This document shows, in pieces, positions 1-9,132 of a stretch of 62,503 nt of DNA; within the stretch, counting starts at the first letter, position 1; every line of letters starts with the position of its first letter. This DNA comes from an uncultured Eubacteriales bacterium (lineage in GTDB: Bacteria > Bacillota_I > Bacilli_A > RFN20 > UBA1709): assembly GCA_964367815.1 (NCBI GenBank), contig CAYIYR010000006.1, positions 1 to 62,503 on the forward strand, read 5' to 3'. The notes below the pieces were generated by a model that was given only the letters and a program-made list of their open reading frames with translations, was not told the origin of the DNA and ran no database searches. Position numbers and translations under genes: made by a program.

Positions 1-9
1 GCTCCACCA
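1..9 (+). other. 3' end (GCTCCACCA) of tRNA-Ala or tmRNA; the gene body lies outside the window
   Basis: Window starts GCTCCACCA, the acceptor-stem/CCA end shared by tRNA-Ala and tmRNA, and an intrinsic terminator follows immediately. Only 9 nt are visible. Confidence 0.5.
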
Positions 10-20
10 AACAAAAATTA

Positions 21-49
21 AAGTCTAGGCATTATCCTAGACTTTTTTT
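21..49 (+). terminator. Intrinsic terminator after the RNA gene end
   Basis: AAGTCTAGG-cattat-CCTAGACTT followed by a T-run. Confidence 0.8.
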
Positions 50-74
50 GTTTTATAGAGTGATTTTAATCATC

Positions 75-94
75 AATGCACGAAAAATGCACGA
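75..94. repeat. Tandem direct repeat AATGCACGA x2 (11-bp period), resembling an integrase arm-type site
   Basis: aatgcacga at 75-83 and 86-94, just downstream of a tRNA/tmRNA 3' end. Confidence 0.4.
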
Positions 95-201
95 CACTCA
101 TTATAGAAATGCCACAAAAGAAATGTTCTACAGCTAAGTGAGTGGATGATTTGAAATAATTCAGGTAATATCATATAATATAATTGAAAGGGATGGTATA
201 A

Positions 202-411
202 ATGGAAAAGAAGAAAATAATCACTGTTGATATGATACCCATAGAAGATATGGCAAACGAGGATCCAAGTTGTGGTTGCACAGGATATGGTGATCTGTTG
301 AGCAAAGAGACACTAGCAATATTACCACCCAATCCATATGGAGAGGGCGCAATGGAGTTTTGTTATTTTAGTTTAAATCATCAAGAATGGATTTTCGATA
401 ACGAACAATAG
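202..411 (+). CDS. Small hypothetical protein (69 aa)
   Basis: TATAAT and GAAAGGGA RBS upstream, hairpin+T-run downstream (~437-458); no recognisable motif. Confidence 0.55.
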   Translation: MEKKKIITVDMIPIEDMANEDPSCGCTGYGDLLSKETLAILPPNPYGEGAMEFCYFSLNHQEWIFDNEQ

Positions 412-478
412 CATAGATTAAACGAAAGAATAGAGAGAGCATGAGCAATGCTTTTTTTTAATTTAATGAGAAAGGAGA

Positions 479-706
479 GTGCAAATAAAAATGTGTGCGA
501 ACATAACGATGGACAAAACAATTATGGAACTATTAGTAGCCGCCAACATTCAAGGCACTAATCTTTCAATGACAACTCGATATAGATACAATAAGAAATT
601 AATGAAGATGACCACAAACTATACCATTGTGCATTGGGTTAAGAAGCGAGAACCACTTGATCAGAATACTGATTCGCAAAGTAAACGAAAAATAAAGCAC
701 ATTTAG
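479..706 (+). CDS. Small hypothetical protein or gene remnant
   Basis: AAAGGAG lies very close to the GTG; hairpin at ~692-715; no motif. Confidence 0.3.
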   Translation: MQIKMCANITMDKTIMELLVAANIQGTNLSMTTRYRYNKKLMKMTTNYTIVHWVKKREPLDQNTDSQSKRKIKHI

Positions 707-823
707 TGCTTTATTGATAGGAAGGATATATTTAGAATAAGATTATATAAGCGACAGTATTGACACTCTAAAGGTTAAATATACTCCAATCAATGAGTGG
801 CAATCAAAGAGCAGAAAAGCAAA

Positions 824-1189
824 TCAATCATTTTTAACCAATGTTTCAATTCCTTGTTTGGCTTTTTCAACAGCCAAGCCTAATTCATCAATCAGTTTAT
901 CAATTTCATCTTCTGATGGATAGGGTGGCTTTCTGATTGAATCGGCGAGTTTTGATGCAATTCTGAACACTTCTGTTAGGTTGATATTTCCACTAGCCCC
1001 TTTTAGTTCATGGGCTGATTGAAACAGGACATTGTAGTCGTGATTGTCATGCCATGAAAGGATTTTTGAGAAAGAACGATCAGACAGAAAAGAACGTAAA
1101 AGTGAAGAATAAAATTCTTCATCATTAAAATATCTTTCTAGACCACGTTCGCAATCTATACCATATTTGGCCAATAATTCTTTATTCAT
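824..1189 (-). CDS. Hpt (histidine phosphotransfer) domain protein
   Basis: AHELKGASGNI Hpt motif; start overlaps the stop of the upstream hybrid kinase. Confidence 0.9.
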   Translation of the reverse strand: MNKELLAKYGIDCERGLERYFNDEEFYSSLLRSFLSDRSFSKILSWHDNHDYNVLFQSAHELKGASGNINLTEVFRIASKLADSIRKPPYPSEDEIDKLIDELGLAVEKAKQGIETLVKND

Positions 1190-2924
1190 TTCGCTTCTTC
1201 CTCTCTATTGTTTCTGATATTGTTTCACACATTTTATCAAAATCTATCGGTTTAGAAATATGAGCATCCATGCCAGCTTGGATAGCGGCACTGACATCCT
1301 CGTTAAATGCGTTCGCAGTCATAGCAATTATTGGAATTGTTTTTGCGTCTGGTCTATCCAGTAATCTAATAGCTTTGGTGGCTTCATAGCCATCCATTTT
1401 AGGCATCTGAACATCCATTAATATGCAATCAAATTCTCCGGGTTTACTCTCGGAAAACTTTTTAACTACCTCTTCGCCATCAACTGCTGTTACTGGTTCA
1501 GCAAATTTGGCTTTAGCTAAGAATTTGCAGGCGACTAAACGGTTGATTTCATTGTCTTCTGCTAATAGCAGATGGAACTTAGAAAAGTCATAGTCAACTT
1601 TGTTATCTTGATTAACGACAATTTTATCACCGGTTAATGATATCAATGTATCAAATAGGGTGCTTTGGAAAATAGGCTTGCTGATAAACCTATCAGCTCC
1701 GGCCGCTTTGGCTTCAGCACCAATTTCACCTTTGTCATAAGCGGAGATAATAATTACGATTGGACTGTTTTTGAAATTCTGACGGATTTCCCGTGTTAAT
1801 TCATCTCCACCCATTGATGGCATTTTCCAGTCAATGAGACACACATTATAAGGATGATTTTCTTTGTTAGCTCTTTCGAGTTCTTCTAAAGCTTCTTTTC
1901 CTGAGCCACAGCATTGATACTGTACTCCAATTCGTTTCAAAACGGTTGCGGCATACTCTAAAGCATCTTCCTTATCATCAACAACTAAAACTGATAAATG
2001 CTTCATGTCAATTGAAGAGACTTTCTCTTCATGACTTTCATCAATACCAAAAGGAAGAAGCACAGTGAATTCGGTGCCTTCACCTTGCTTGCTTGTGCAT
2101 TCAATAGTTCCATTCATCAAACCAATAAGGGCTTTAACAATCGATAGTCCTAAGCCTGATCCACCGTGTTCTCTAGCTGTTTTAGCATTCTCTTGCTCAA
2201 ATGGTTCAAACATCCTCTCAATCATGTCTGGACTCATTCCCTCGCCCGTATCAGTTACGATAAACTTAACATAGACTTTTCCTTCGTTTCTTAGTGTTTC
2301 TTTAACAGATAGAGTAATATGTCCTTGACTTGTAAACTTATAGGCATTAGATAATAAGTTCAGTAAAATCTGGTTAAGTCTTAATGAATCGCCAACTAAA
2401 GTTTCTGGTAATGATGAAAGAAATTTAACCGAGAATTCAACGCCCTTGTTAGCACAACGAGATACATAAACAGCGGTTATACTCTTAATTAGAGTTTTGA
2501 AATCAAATGGCGAATTATCAATTTTGATTTTTCCACTCTCAATTGATGACATATCCAAAACATCGTTTAGTATGGAAAGAAGAATCTTGCTGCTAAGAAC
2601 CACTTTTTCAATGTCCTCTTTAACAGTGTCGGGATTATTTAGATTATCTAACGCTAAAGTAGAGAAGCCAATAACGGCATTCATTGGCGTTCGTATCTCA
2701 TGTGACATTCTTGCAAGGAAGGTGCTTTTCGCTATGGAAGCAACTTTTGCTTGTTCATAGGCCACAGAAATTTCTTTGTTTTTTAAGTTTAATTTTGCTC
2801 GAGAACGAGTAATTACACCGATAATTAATACTAGCGATAATATAAGTATTAAGGAAAAGAGACCAAAAACGATAACTTCTGTTTTATAAACATATAAGAA
2901 ATCTGCTACAGAATAAGTATACAC
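1182..2924 (-). CDS. Hybrid sensor histidine kinase with two receiver domains, N-terminally truncated
   Basis: H-box MSHEIRTPMNA, N-box NLLSNAYKFT, DTGEG, GSGLGL; REC domains (CLIDWKMP, ILMDVQMP); one TM with almost no sensor domain and no RBS at the GTG. Confidence 0.9.
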   Translation of the reverse strand: MYTYSVADFLYVYKTEVIVFGLFSLILILSLVLIIGVITRSRAKLNLKNKEISVAYEQAKVASIAKSTFLARMSHEIRTPMNAVIGFSTLALDNLNNPDTVKEDIEKVVLSSKILLSILNDVLDMSSIESGKIKIDNSPFDFKTLIKSITAVYVSRCANKGVEFSVKFLSSLPETLVGDSLRLNQILLNLLSNAYKFTSQGHITLSVKETLRNEGKVYVKFIVTDTGEGMSPDMIERMFEPFEQENAKTAREHGGSGLGLSIVKALIGLMNGTIECTSKQGEGTEFTVLLPFGIDESHEEKVSSIDMKHLSVLVVDDKEDALEYAATVLKRIGVQYQCCGSGKEALEELERANKENHPYNVCLIDWKMPSMGGDELTREIRQNFKNSPIVIIISAYDKGEIGAEAKAAGADRFISKPIFQSTLFDTLISLTGDKIVVNQDNKVDYDFSKFHLLLAEDNEINRLVACKFLAKAKFAEPVTAVDGEEVVKKFSESKPGEFDCILMDVQMPKMDGYEATKAIRLLDRPDAKTIPIIAMTANAFNEDVSAAIQAGMDAHISKPIDFDKMCETISETIERKKRNE

Positions 2925-2948
2925 ATTACCAATTGTATAGGCGGTAAT

Positions 2949-3146
2949 GATGATTATAAGAACAAAGGTATTGGTAGTGAGGCCGAAAAACTAGCAATCA
3001 ATTATGCACTAGATGTTTTAAATTGTAAAACAATTTATGCTAACACATTAATGAAGAATGTTAGAAGCCAAAGAGCATTAGAAAAGAATGGGTTCATCGT
3101 TCTTAAGAAAGAAGAATCAATCATTTATTATATCTACAAAAGATGA
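2949..3146 (+). pseudogene. C-terminal fragment of a RimJ/RimL-type GNAT acetyltransferase (not in ORF track)
   Basis: Manual translation DDYKNKGIGSEAEKLAINYALDVLNCKTIYANTLMKNVRSQRALEKNGF...KR* shows motif A (xxKGIG) and N-x-x-S-x-x-x-L-E-K-x-G-F; no start codon for the fragment after the in-frame stop at 2895. Confidence 0.8.
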
Positions 3147-3195
3147 TTTATATTGTCTTTTTCTTGTTAACTATTTATTCTTATATTGCGAATAA

Positions 3196-3222
3196 AAAAG
3201 CCACCAAAACATGGTGGCTTTT
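3196..3222. terminator. Bidirectional terminator
   Basis: AAAAGCCACCA-aaaca-TGGTGGCTTTT between convergent genes. Confidence 0.8.
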
Positions 3223-3242
3223 AGCTTATATAAACTAATTGT

Positions 3243-4142
3243 TTATTTGACTGAGGCTTCGTAAATGCTTTGAATTGATGAAGAAAGAAGGGCATCGAAT
3301 TCTTTTTGACTTTGATTGGCGTTGAGTCCTTCGCTTAGAGCCCGGGAGAAACTAGCAATTACGCCATGATTTCTTGCTAACTTAGCATTAGCATCATCTC
3401 TAGTATAACCACCTGATAGAGCGACTACGCGAACTACACATGGATAATCCATTAACTCTTTGTAGAAATCATCAACAACTGGCAGAGTAAGTTTAAACAT
3501 AATCTTTTGGTTGTCATCGGTTTCTTTAAGTTTCTTAATTAATGCTTCTTTTAAGATAACTTCAGCTTCCTTTTTATCAGGAATGTTAATATCAACTTCT
3601 GGCTCAATGATTGGGACTAAACCAAAGGAAGAGATAATTTTGGCAAAGGCAAATTGCTGTTCAACTACTTCACTAATTCCTTCTTTTGTCGCTTTCTTAA
3701 TTACTGAACGCATCTTTGTGCCAAAAATATGTCTTTCTCTTGCGTGCAGCAGAGTTTTTTCAATTCCTGGAATAGGTTTCATCAATTGGACACCATTTGT
3801 TAAGTCCGCCAAACCTTTATCGATTTTTAGGAAAGGAAGAACGCCCTTAACTTCCCATAAATAATCTGATGAGTAGTATTCATCAATTTTCCGGTCCATG
3901 GTCATTTCAAATAGAATAGCGCCAAGTATCTTCTTTCCATTAAAAGCGGGGCTTTTAATTATTCTTGTCCGCATGGCATGAACTAAATCAAACATCTCTT
4001 CTTCGTTGTTGTATTGATTCTCATTAATCCCATATAATTTTAAGGCTTTGGGAGTGCTACCTCCACTTTGATCTAAGGCGGCGATAAAGCCAGCATCTTC
4101 GTGCATCTTCTTCAATTGAACAGGGTTCACTTTGTATTCCAT
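3243..4142 (-). CDS. fda: Fructose-bisphosphate aldolase class I
   Basis: [39 protein letters not shown]. Confidence 0.95.
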   Translation of the reverse strand: MEYKVNPVQLKKMHEDAGFIAALDQSGGSTPKALKLYGINENQYNNEEEMFDLVHAMRTRIIKSPAFNGKKILGAILFEMTMDRKIDEYYSSDYLWEVKGVLPFLKIDKGLADLTNGVQLMKPIPGIEKTLLHARERHIFGTKMRSVIKKATKEGISEVVEQQFAFAKIISSFGLVPIIEPEVDINIPDKKEAEVILKEALIKKLKETDDNQKIMFKLTLPVVDDFYKELMDYPCVVRVVALSGGYTRDDANAKLARNHGVIASFSRALSEGLNANQSQKEFDALLSSSIQSIYEASVK

Positions 4143-4295
4143 TTATATTCTCCTTTTATTGTAATCATTAATAATATAATAGCTTATTTTTGCTTTGTTT
4201 GAAAGACTTAATGCGTTAGTTTGTTTATCTTCTTATAATATGATGTCCTTATCATTAATAGAATTAATGAAAAGATAAATAGATATCAATGCTGA

Positions 4296-4628
4296 TTACT
4301 TCTTATTTACTTTGATAAATTTGCTTTTCTCACTATCAAGAAACTCTTTAGAAGCTTGATTAGTATTTATTACTACCAAAATGGTTTTACATTCTGGATA
4401 ATTCTCACATTGGCCACAGTTGGTGATGCTTTTATTTAGGCAACAGGAGCGAATCTGGCACGCTTGACAGCTGGCGCAAGGCTTGTCGCTTAAACAGCCC
4501 AAGCATTGGGAATTAGCTGCTAATTGATAGGCATTCTCAACTTGCTTATGCATCTCTTCATCCTTATATTTGGTAGCCATGTTGAGCGGACATTTCTCAC
4601 AATCAAACCCACAGCATGATTTTGCCAT
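4296..4628 (-). CDS. DUF3795-like Cys-rich protein
   Basis: CGFDCEKCP...CLGC...CQIRSCC...NCGQCENYPEC pattern. Confidence 0.75.
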   Translation of the reverse strand: MAKSCCGFDCEKCPLNMATKYKDEEMHKQVENAYQLAANSQCLGCLSDKPCASCQACQIRSCCLNKSITNCGQCENYPECKTILVVINTNQASKEFLDSEKSKFIKVNKK

Positions 4629-4772
4629 TATTTACACCTTCTTTGTTTCTATATAATAGCATAATTGTCCTCTTCATAGGAGCCAAAAGTTTGCTTTCTT
4701 TCCGCTATCATCTTGCTGATAAGTTGCGAATATATTAAAATATAGGTAAAGAAGTTCACAATAGGAGGAAAT

Positions 4773-6188
4773 ATGAATAACAAAAGAGGGAATTGGGGCT
4801 CTAAATTCGGTTTTTTAGCAGCCGCAGTTGGTTCGGCTGTTGGTCTTGGTAACATCTGGGGATTCCCATATAAAATGGGCAAAACCGGAGGCGGCGTTTT
4901 TCTTATAATCTATTTGGCATTAGTTGTTCTTGTTGGCTTTTCGGTAATGCTTGGCGAGATTGTTATTGGACGAAAGACTAAATTTGGTCCTGTTTTGGCT
5001 TATAATTCATTGTCTAAAAAGTTTAAGATATTTGGCTATATGGGGGTAGTATCTGGCTTTCTAATTCTCGCTTTTTATAGTGTTCTTGGCGGAATTGTTT
5101 TGAAGTATATGTTTGATTTCTTTATTGCTTTATTTAATAATAGTGCAATTCTAAATAGCTACAGTGGTGCTGATCATTTCACCAACTTTATCACTGGTGG
5201 TTGGGGAATGATTATTTGCACCGCTATTTTTATGGCGGTAACAGCTTTGATAGTGACAGGTGGAGTATCCAAAGGAATAGAGAAATTTACCAAAATTGCG
5301 ATGCCGGCTCTATTTGTCCTGCTCGCCGTAATAATCGTTTTTGTTCTCTTTCAACCCGGAGCCTCTGAAGGCTTAAAGTTCATGTTTAAACCCGATTTTT
5401 CAGTTTTTAAACCAGGATCGGAAATAAGCTTTTTTGATGTTTTCAAAACGGCAGCTGGTCAGATGTTTTTCTCCTTATCATTAGGAATGGGCTGCATGAT
5501 GACCTACGGGTCATATTTAACTAAAGAAACAAATATTGAGAGTTGTTCAATAATTATTCCGATTGCTGATACCATTGTGGCTTTGCTTGCTGGATTAATA
5601 GTCATGCCTGCTGTCTTTGCTTTTGGCTTAGAGCCAACTGCGGGTCCTGGTCTATTGTTCATCTCTTTATTCGAAGTATTTGTAACCGGCATGGGCGGCT
5701 TTGTTGGAGCACTGATTGGCTTTGTATTCTATCTCTTAGTGTTTATCGCCGCGGTGACTTCTTCCATCTCCTTACTTGAAGTATGTACTAGTTACGCTAT
5801 TGATCGAAGAATAGTCAAAAATAAGGAGCCTAAACGTGGCAGAATAACCTTGATTATTACGCTGATAAGTTTTGTCGTAGCTCTTCCAGTAGCGCTTGAT
5901 GGATTAGGCAGCTCCGGAGCCATCATTAATTTCAAACCCTTTGGTTATTGCTGGCTAGATTTTTATGATTTGATTAGTGAGGGAGTACTGATGCCCTTGG
6001 GTGCACTTGTTATGAGCTTAATTATTGGCTGGCGTTATAAGAGTTTAATCATCAAAGAGGAAGTTGAGGTCGATGGAACTTATAAACTTAAAGGATTTCC
6101 TTTTTGGAACATCTGTTTTAAATTCATTGTTCCAATTGTTATGATTGTAGTATTGATTGCTCAATTGCAGAGCTTTGGAATATTTTAG
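4773..6188 (+). CDS. Sodium-dependent transporter, NSS/SNF family
   Basis: RGNWGSKFGF, GSAVGLGNIWGFP, GQMFFSLSLG, GPGLLF; multiple TMs. Confidence 0.93.
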   Translation: MNNKRGNWGSKFGFLAAAVGSAVGLGNIWGFPYKMGKTGGGVFLIIYLALVVLVGFSVMLGEIVIGRKTKFGPVLAYNSLSKKFKIFGYMGVVSGFLILAFYSVLGGIVLKYMFDFFIALFNNSAILNSYSGADHFTNFITGGWGMIICTAIFMAVTALIVTGGVSKGIEKFTKIAMPALFVLLAVIIVFVLFQPGASEGLKFMFKPDFSVFKPGSEISFFDVFKTAAGQMFFSLSLGMGCMMTYGSYLTKETNIESCSIIIPIADTIVALLAGLIVMPAVFAFGLEPTAGPGLLFISLFEVFVTGMGGFVGALIGFVFYLLVFIAAVTSSISLLEVCTSYAIDRRIVKNKEPKRGRITLIITLISFVVALPVALDGLGSSGAIINFKPFGYCWLDFYDLISEGVLMPLGALVMSLIIGWRYKSLIIKEEVEVDGTYKLKGFPFWNICFKFIVPIVMIVVLIAQLQSFGIF

Positions 6189-6315
6189 AAGCAGAGAAAT
6201 CTGCTTTTCTTTTTTCGCTATCATAAATGTATTATAATAGAGTTATGACAGATGAAAACATTTCTAGACAGGACTAAAAAAGTTAAATTAATTAGAATGT
6301 TATTGAGGTGATTAA

Positions 6316-7158
6316 ATGGAGTGGATTGATACTCTGAATATGGCTATAAACTATATTGAAGACAACCTAGAGAATCCGATTAGCAATGAAGATGTAGCAA
6401 AACATGTCTATGTTTCTAGCTTCTATCTTCAGAAAGTTTTTGGCATTGCAACTGGTATTACAATTGGAGAGTACATCCGCAATCGGCGTTTGTCGATGGC
6501 AGCTCATGATTTAGTTTTGGGCAAGCAGAATGTCTTAGAAACCGCCGTGAAGTATGGCTATGATTCTCCTGAGAGTTTCAGTAAAGCTTTTAAACGGTTT
6601 CATGGAGTTAATCCAGCTCAAGTTAATAAGGGCAATATCGAGTTAAAATCATTCGCTCGCTTAGTCATCAAAATAAATTTGGAGGGAGCAAAAATTATGG
6701 ATTACAAAATTGTTGAGAAAGAGGCATTTAGTGTTGTTTTATTTGTGGAAGAGTTTAATGAAGTGACTAGCAGGAAGGAGATTCCTCTTTTCTGGGACCG
6801 TTTCTTTGCTAAGGGTTATGACAAGTGTGTTTGCCCTGAATTTGGTTGCTGCTTACCTGTTGATAAAACTAAATCTACTTATGGGTATGGTATCGGTGGA
6901 TTGAAAGAGCATGTAGTTAAAATGGTACCAGGGTTAGTGGAACATGTTATTCCAGCGCATACTTGGGCTATCTTCAAATGTGTTGGACCAATGCCAAAGG
7001 CCATCCAGCAGACATGGAACAAGATCTACACGGAATGGCTACCAAATGCGCCATATGATATTTGTAACGATTTTGATTTCGAATATTATCCAGGACCTAA
7101 TACTCAAGATGCTGATTATTACACCGAGATTTGGTTACCAGTTGTTAAGAAAGGATAA
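6316..7158 (+). CDS. AraC-family regulator with C-terminal GyrI-like effector domain
   Basis: EYIRNRRLSMAA, YGYDSPESFSKAFKRFHG, IYTEWLP, TEIWLPV. Confidence 0.93.
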   Translation: MEWIDTLNMAINYIEDNLENPISNEDVAKHVYVSSFYLQKVFGIATGITIGEYIRNRRLSMAAHDLVLGKQNVLETAVKYGYDSPESFSKAFKRFHGVNPAQVNKGNIELKSFARLVIKINLEGAKIMDYKIVEKEAFSVVLFVEEFNEVTSRKEIPLFWDRFFAKGYDKCVCPEFGCCLPVDKTKSTYGYGIGGLKEHVVKMVPGLVEHVIPAHTWAIFKCVGPMPKAIQQTWNKIYTEWLPNAPYDICNDFDFEYYPGPNTQDADYYTEIWLPVVKKG

Positions 7159-7165
7159 GATTTAC

Positions 7166-7191
7166 GAGGAGCAACAGCTCCTCTTTTTTTT
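7166..7191 (+). terminator. Intrinsic terminator
   Basis: GAGGAGC-aaca-GCTCCTC + T-run. Confidence 0.8.
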
Positions 7192-7247
7192 GCATATTAG
7201 TTGCTATTTTCACTCATTTCCATATAATCAATTAAGGAAGTGATGAT

Positions 7248-8249
7248 ATGAATTATAAAGATAAGATTAGTCAGTTAAGTAAACTTATAGGTAATACGCC
7301 TCTAATAAAAATAACTTGTGAATATCAAGGAACAACATATGATGTCTTTTGTAAACTGGAACAGTACAATTTGACTGGAAGCATTAAGGATCGAATGGTA
7401 GTTAATCTATTAAATGATGCTTATGAGAAGAATGTATTGAATGAGAGACAAGAAATAGTCGAAGCTACCAGTGGGAACACCGGTATTTCCTTAGCAGCCA
7501 TTGGCGGCTATTTAGGTCATCCTGTTACTATTTTTTTGCCTGATTGGATGAGTAAAGAAAGAATTGAGCTGATTAGGAGCTTTGGGGCAAAGATTAAGCT
7601 AGTAAGTGCCGCAGAAGGCGGCTTTATTGGTAGCATAGAGAAGGCGGCCCAATATGCTAAAGAAAACAATTGTTTTTTGGCAGCCCAATTTTCTAATAAG
7701 GCGAATGTGGAGGCACATTATTTGACGACGGGACCGGAGATTGTTTCCCAAATGAAAGAGAATTGGATTGATGCTTTTGTCAGCGGAATTGGTACTGGTG
7801 GGACAATAATGGGAATTGGAAATTATCTAAAAAATAGTAATCAAAACATTCAGATATACGCAATGGAGCCGGCTTCATCGCCAGTGCTCAAGACGGGAAC
7901 AAAAGTAGGTAGTCACCGGATTCAAGGCATTTCTGATGAGTTTGTTCCACCCATAGTTGATCAACACATTTATGAGGAAATCATCGATGTAGAAGATGGA
8001 GATGCGATTATTATGGCCCAAAGATTAGCTAAAGAGCTTGGACTAGGGGTGGGAATCTCTAGTGGAGCGAATTTCTTGGCCGCTTTGAAGATTCAGCTGC
8101 TGACTGGCAAGAAAAATATAGTAACAGTTTTCGCAGATGATAACAAAAAATATTTGTCTACCGACTATGGTAAAAAGGAAAAAGTCCAGTCATCTTATTT
8201 ATCAAAAGATATCCAACTAATTAATTATCAAGTGCTTGATAGTAAATAA
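7248..8249 (+). CDS. cysK: Cysteine synthase (PLP-dependent)
   Basis: IGNTPL, KLEQYNLTGSIKDR, EATSGNTG, GIGTGGT, HRIQGI. Confidence 0.88.
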   Translation: MNYKDKISQLSKLIGNTPLIKITCEYQGTTYDVFCKLEQYNLTGSIKDRMVVNLLNDAYEKNVLNERQEIVEATSGNTGISLAAIGGYLGHPVTIFLPDWMSKERIELIRSFGAKIKLVSAAEGGFIGSIEKAAQYAKENNCFLAAQFSNKANVEAHYLTTGPEIVSQMKENWIDAFVSGIGTGGTIMGIGNYLKNSNQNIQIYAMEPASSPVLKTGTKVGSHRIQGISDEFVPPIVDQHIYEEIIDVEDGDAIIMAQRLAKELGLGVGISSGANFLAALKIQLLTGKKNIVTVFADDNKKYLSTDYGKKEKVQSSYLSKDIQLINYQVLDSK

Positions 8250-8307
8250 ATCGTTGATATTATGCGCCATATTAGATTATAATAAGCGTAATTAGGGAGG
8301 ATTATTC

Positions 8308-8802
8308 ATGAAATTATATTTAAAGCAGAAGATGTTTTCGATTGGAGATAAGTATACAGTCTACGCTGAGAACGATGATATCGCTTATACTGTCAAGAGC
8401 AGGGTTATTTCCCCGTTTAGACATAAGAAATATTTAATGGATAAAGATGGCAATATCATTATGATTATTAAAAGAAAGATCCTAGATATTTTGCCAAACT
8501 ACTTAATTGAAACACCCGATGGTGAGAGACTGGCTAGATTACAGAAACGTTTTTCTTTCAGATCTAGTTTTAATATGAAAGATTGTAAGAATGATTATAG
8601 TATCAAGGGTGACTTTTTTAACTGGGATTGGACCATTTTTGAAGGCGAAGAAGTTGTTGGTACTATTCATAAAAAAATCATTCACTTGGTTGATAGTTAT
8701 TATATGGATGTTATTAAAGAAGAGGATGCTCCATTCTTTGTAGCTTGCGTAATTGCCATCGATAATCTTTTCCATAATGGTTCTCGGAGTGGAAATAGAT
8801 AG
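8308..8802 (+). CDS. LURP-one/tubby-like (YxjI-like) protein
   Basis: LYLKQKMFSIGDKYTV, IKGDFFNWDWTI, DSYYMDV, ACVIAID. Confidence 0.8.
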   Translation: MKLYLKQKMFSIGDKYTVYAENDDIAYTVKSRVISPFRHKKYLMDKDGNIIMIIKRKILDILPNYLIETPDGERLARLQKRFSFRSSFNMKDCKNDYSIKGDFFNWDWTIFEGEEVVGTIHKKIIHLVDSYYMDVIKEEDAPFFVACVIAIDNLFHNGSRSGNR

Positions 8803-8965
8803 AATTGTGCAGAACACCAAGCAAGCTTTTCATTTGATGTGATAATTGCGTTGAAGAGCTGGCGAATTCATTAAAAATTATAATGTCGTTTGTGCGGATT
8901 AACCAACTTAATTCAAATTGGTTTTTCCGCTTTTTTATCGAAGAAGTTTGGTATATAATTTGAAG

Positions 8966-9046
8966 AGTAGAAAGTCGTATAACCCCGGTAATTGGTCCGG
9001 AAGTTTCTACATCGCCGCCGCAAATGGCGATACTACGGCTTTTACT
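8966..9046 (+). ncRNA. Purine riboswitch, guanine/hypoxanthine-type (C at the discriminator position)
   Basis: P1 AAGTCGTA/TACGGCTT, P2 CCGG-taattgg-tCCGG, J2/3 AGTTTCTAC, P3 ATCGCC-gccgcaaat-GGCGAT, then ACTACG; TATAAT at 8954-8959; purine permease downstream. Confidence 0.93.
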
Positions 9047-9077
9047 ATTTGGGTGTATAACTATGCCTATTTAGTAA

Positions 9078-9111
9078 AAGGCTTCGTAGCAATTGCGAAG
9101 CTTTTTTCTTT
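9078..9111 (+). terminator. Riboswitch expression-platform terminator
   Basis: AAGGCTTCGTA-gcaat-TGCGAAGCTTT + T-run before the permease RBS. Confidence 0.8.
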
Positions 9112-9132
9112 ATTCTGAAAGGGGGAATATTA

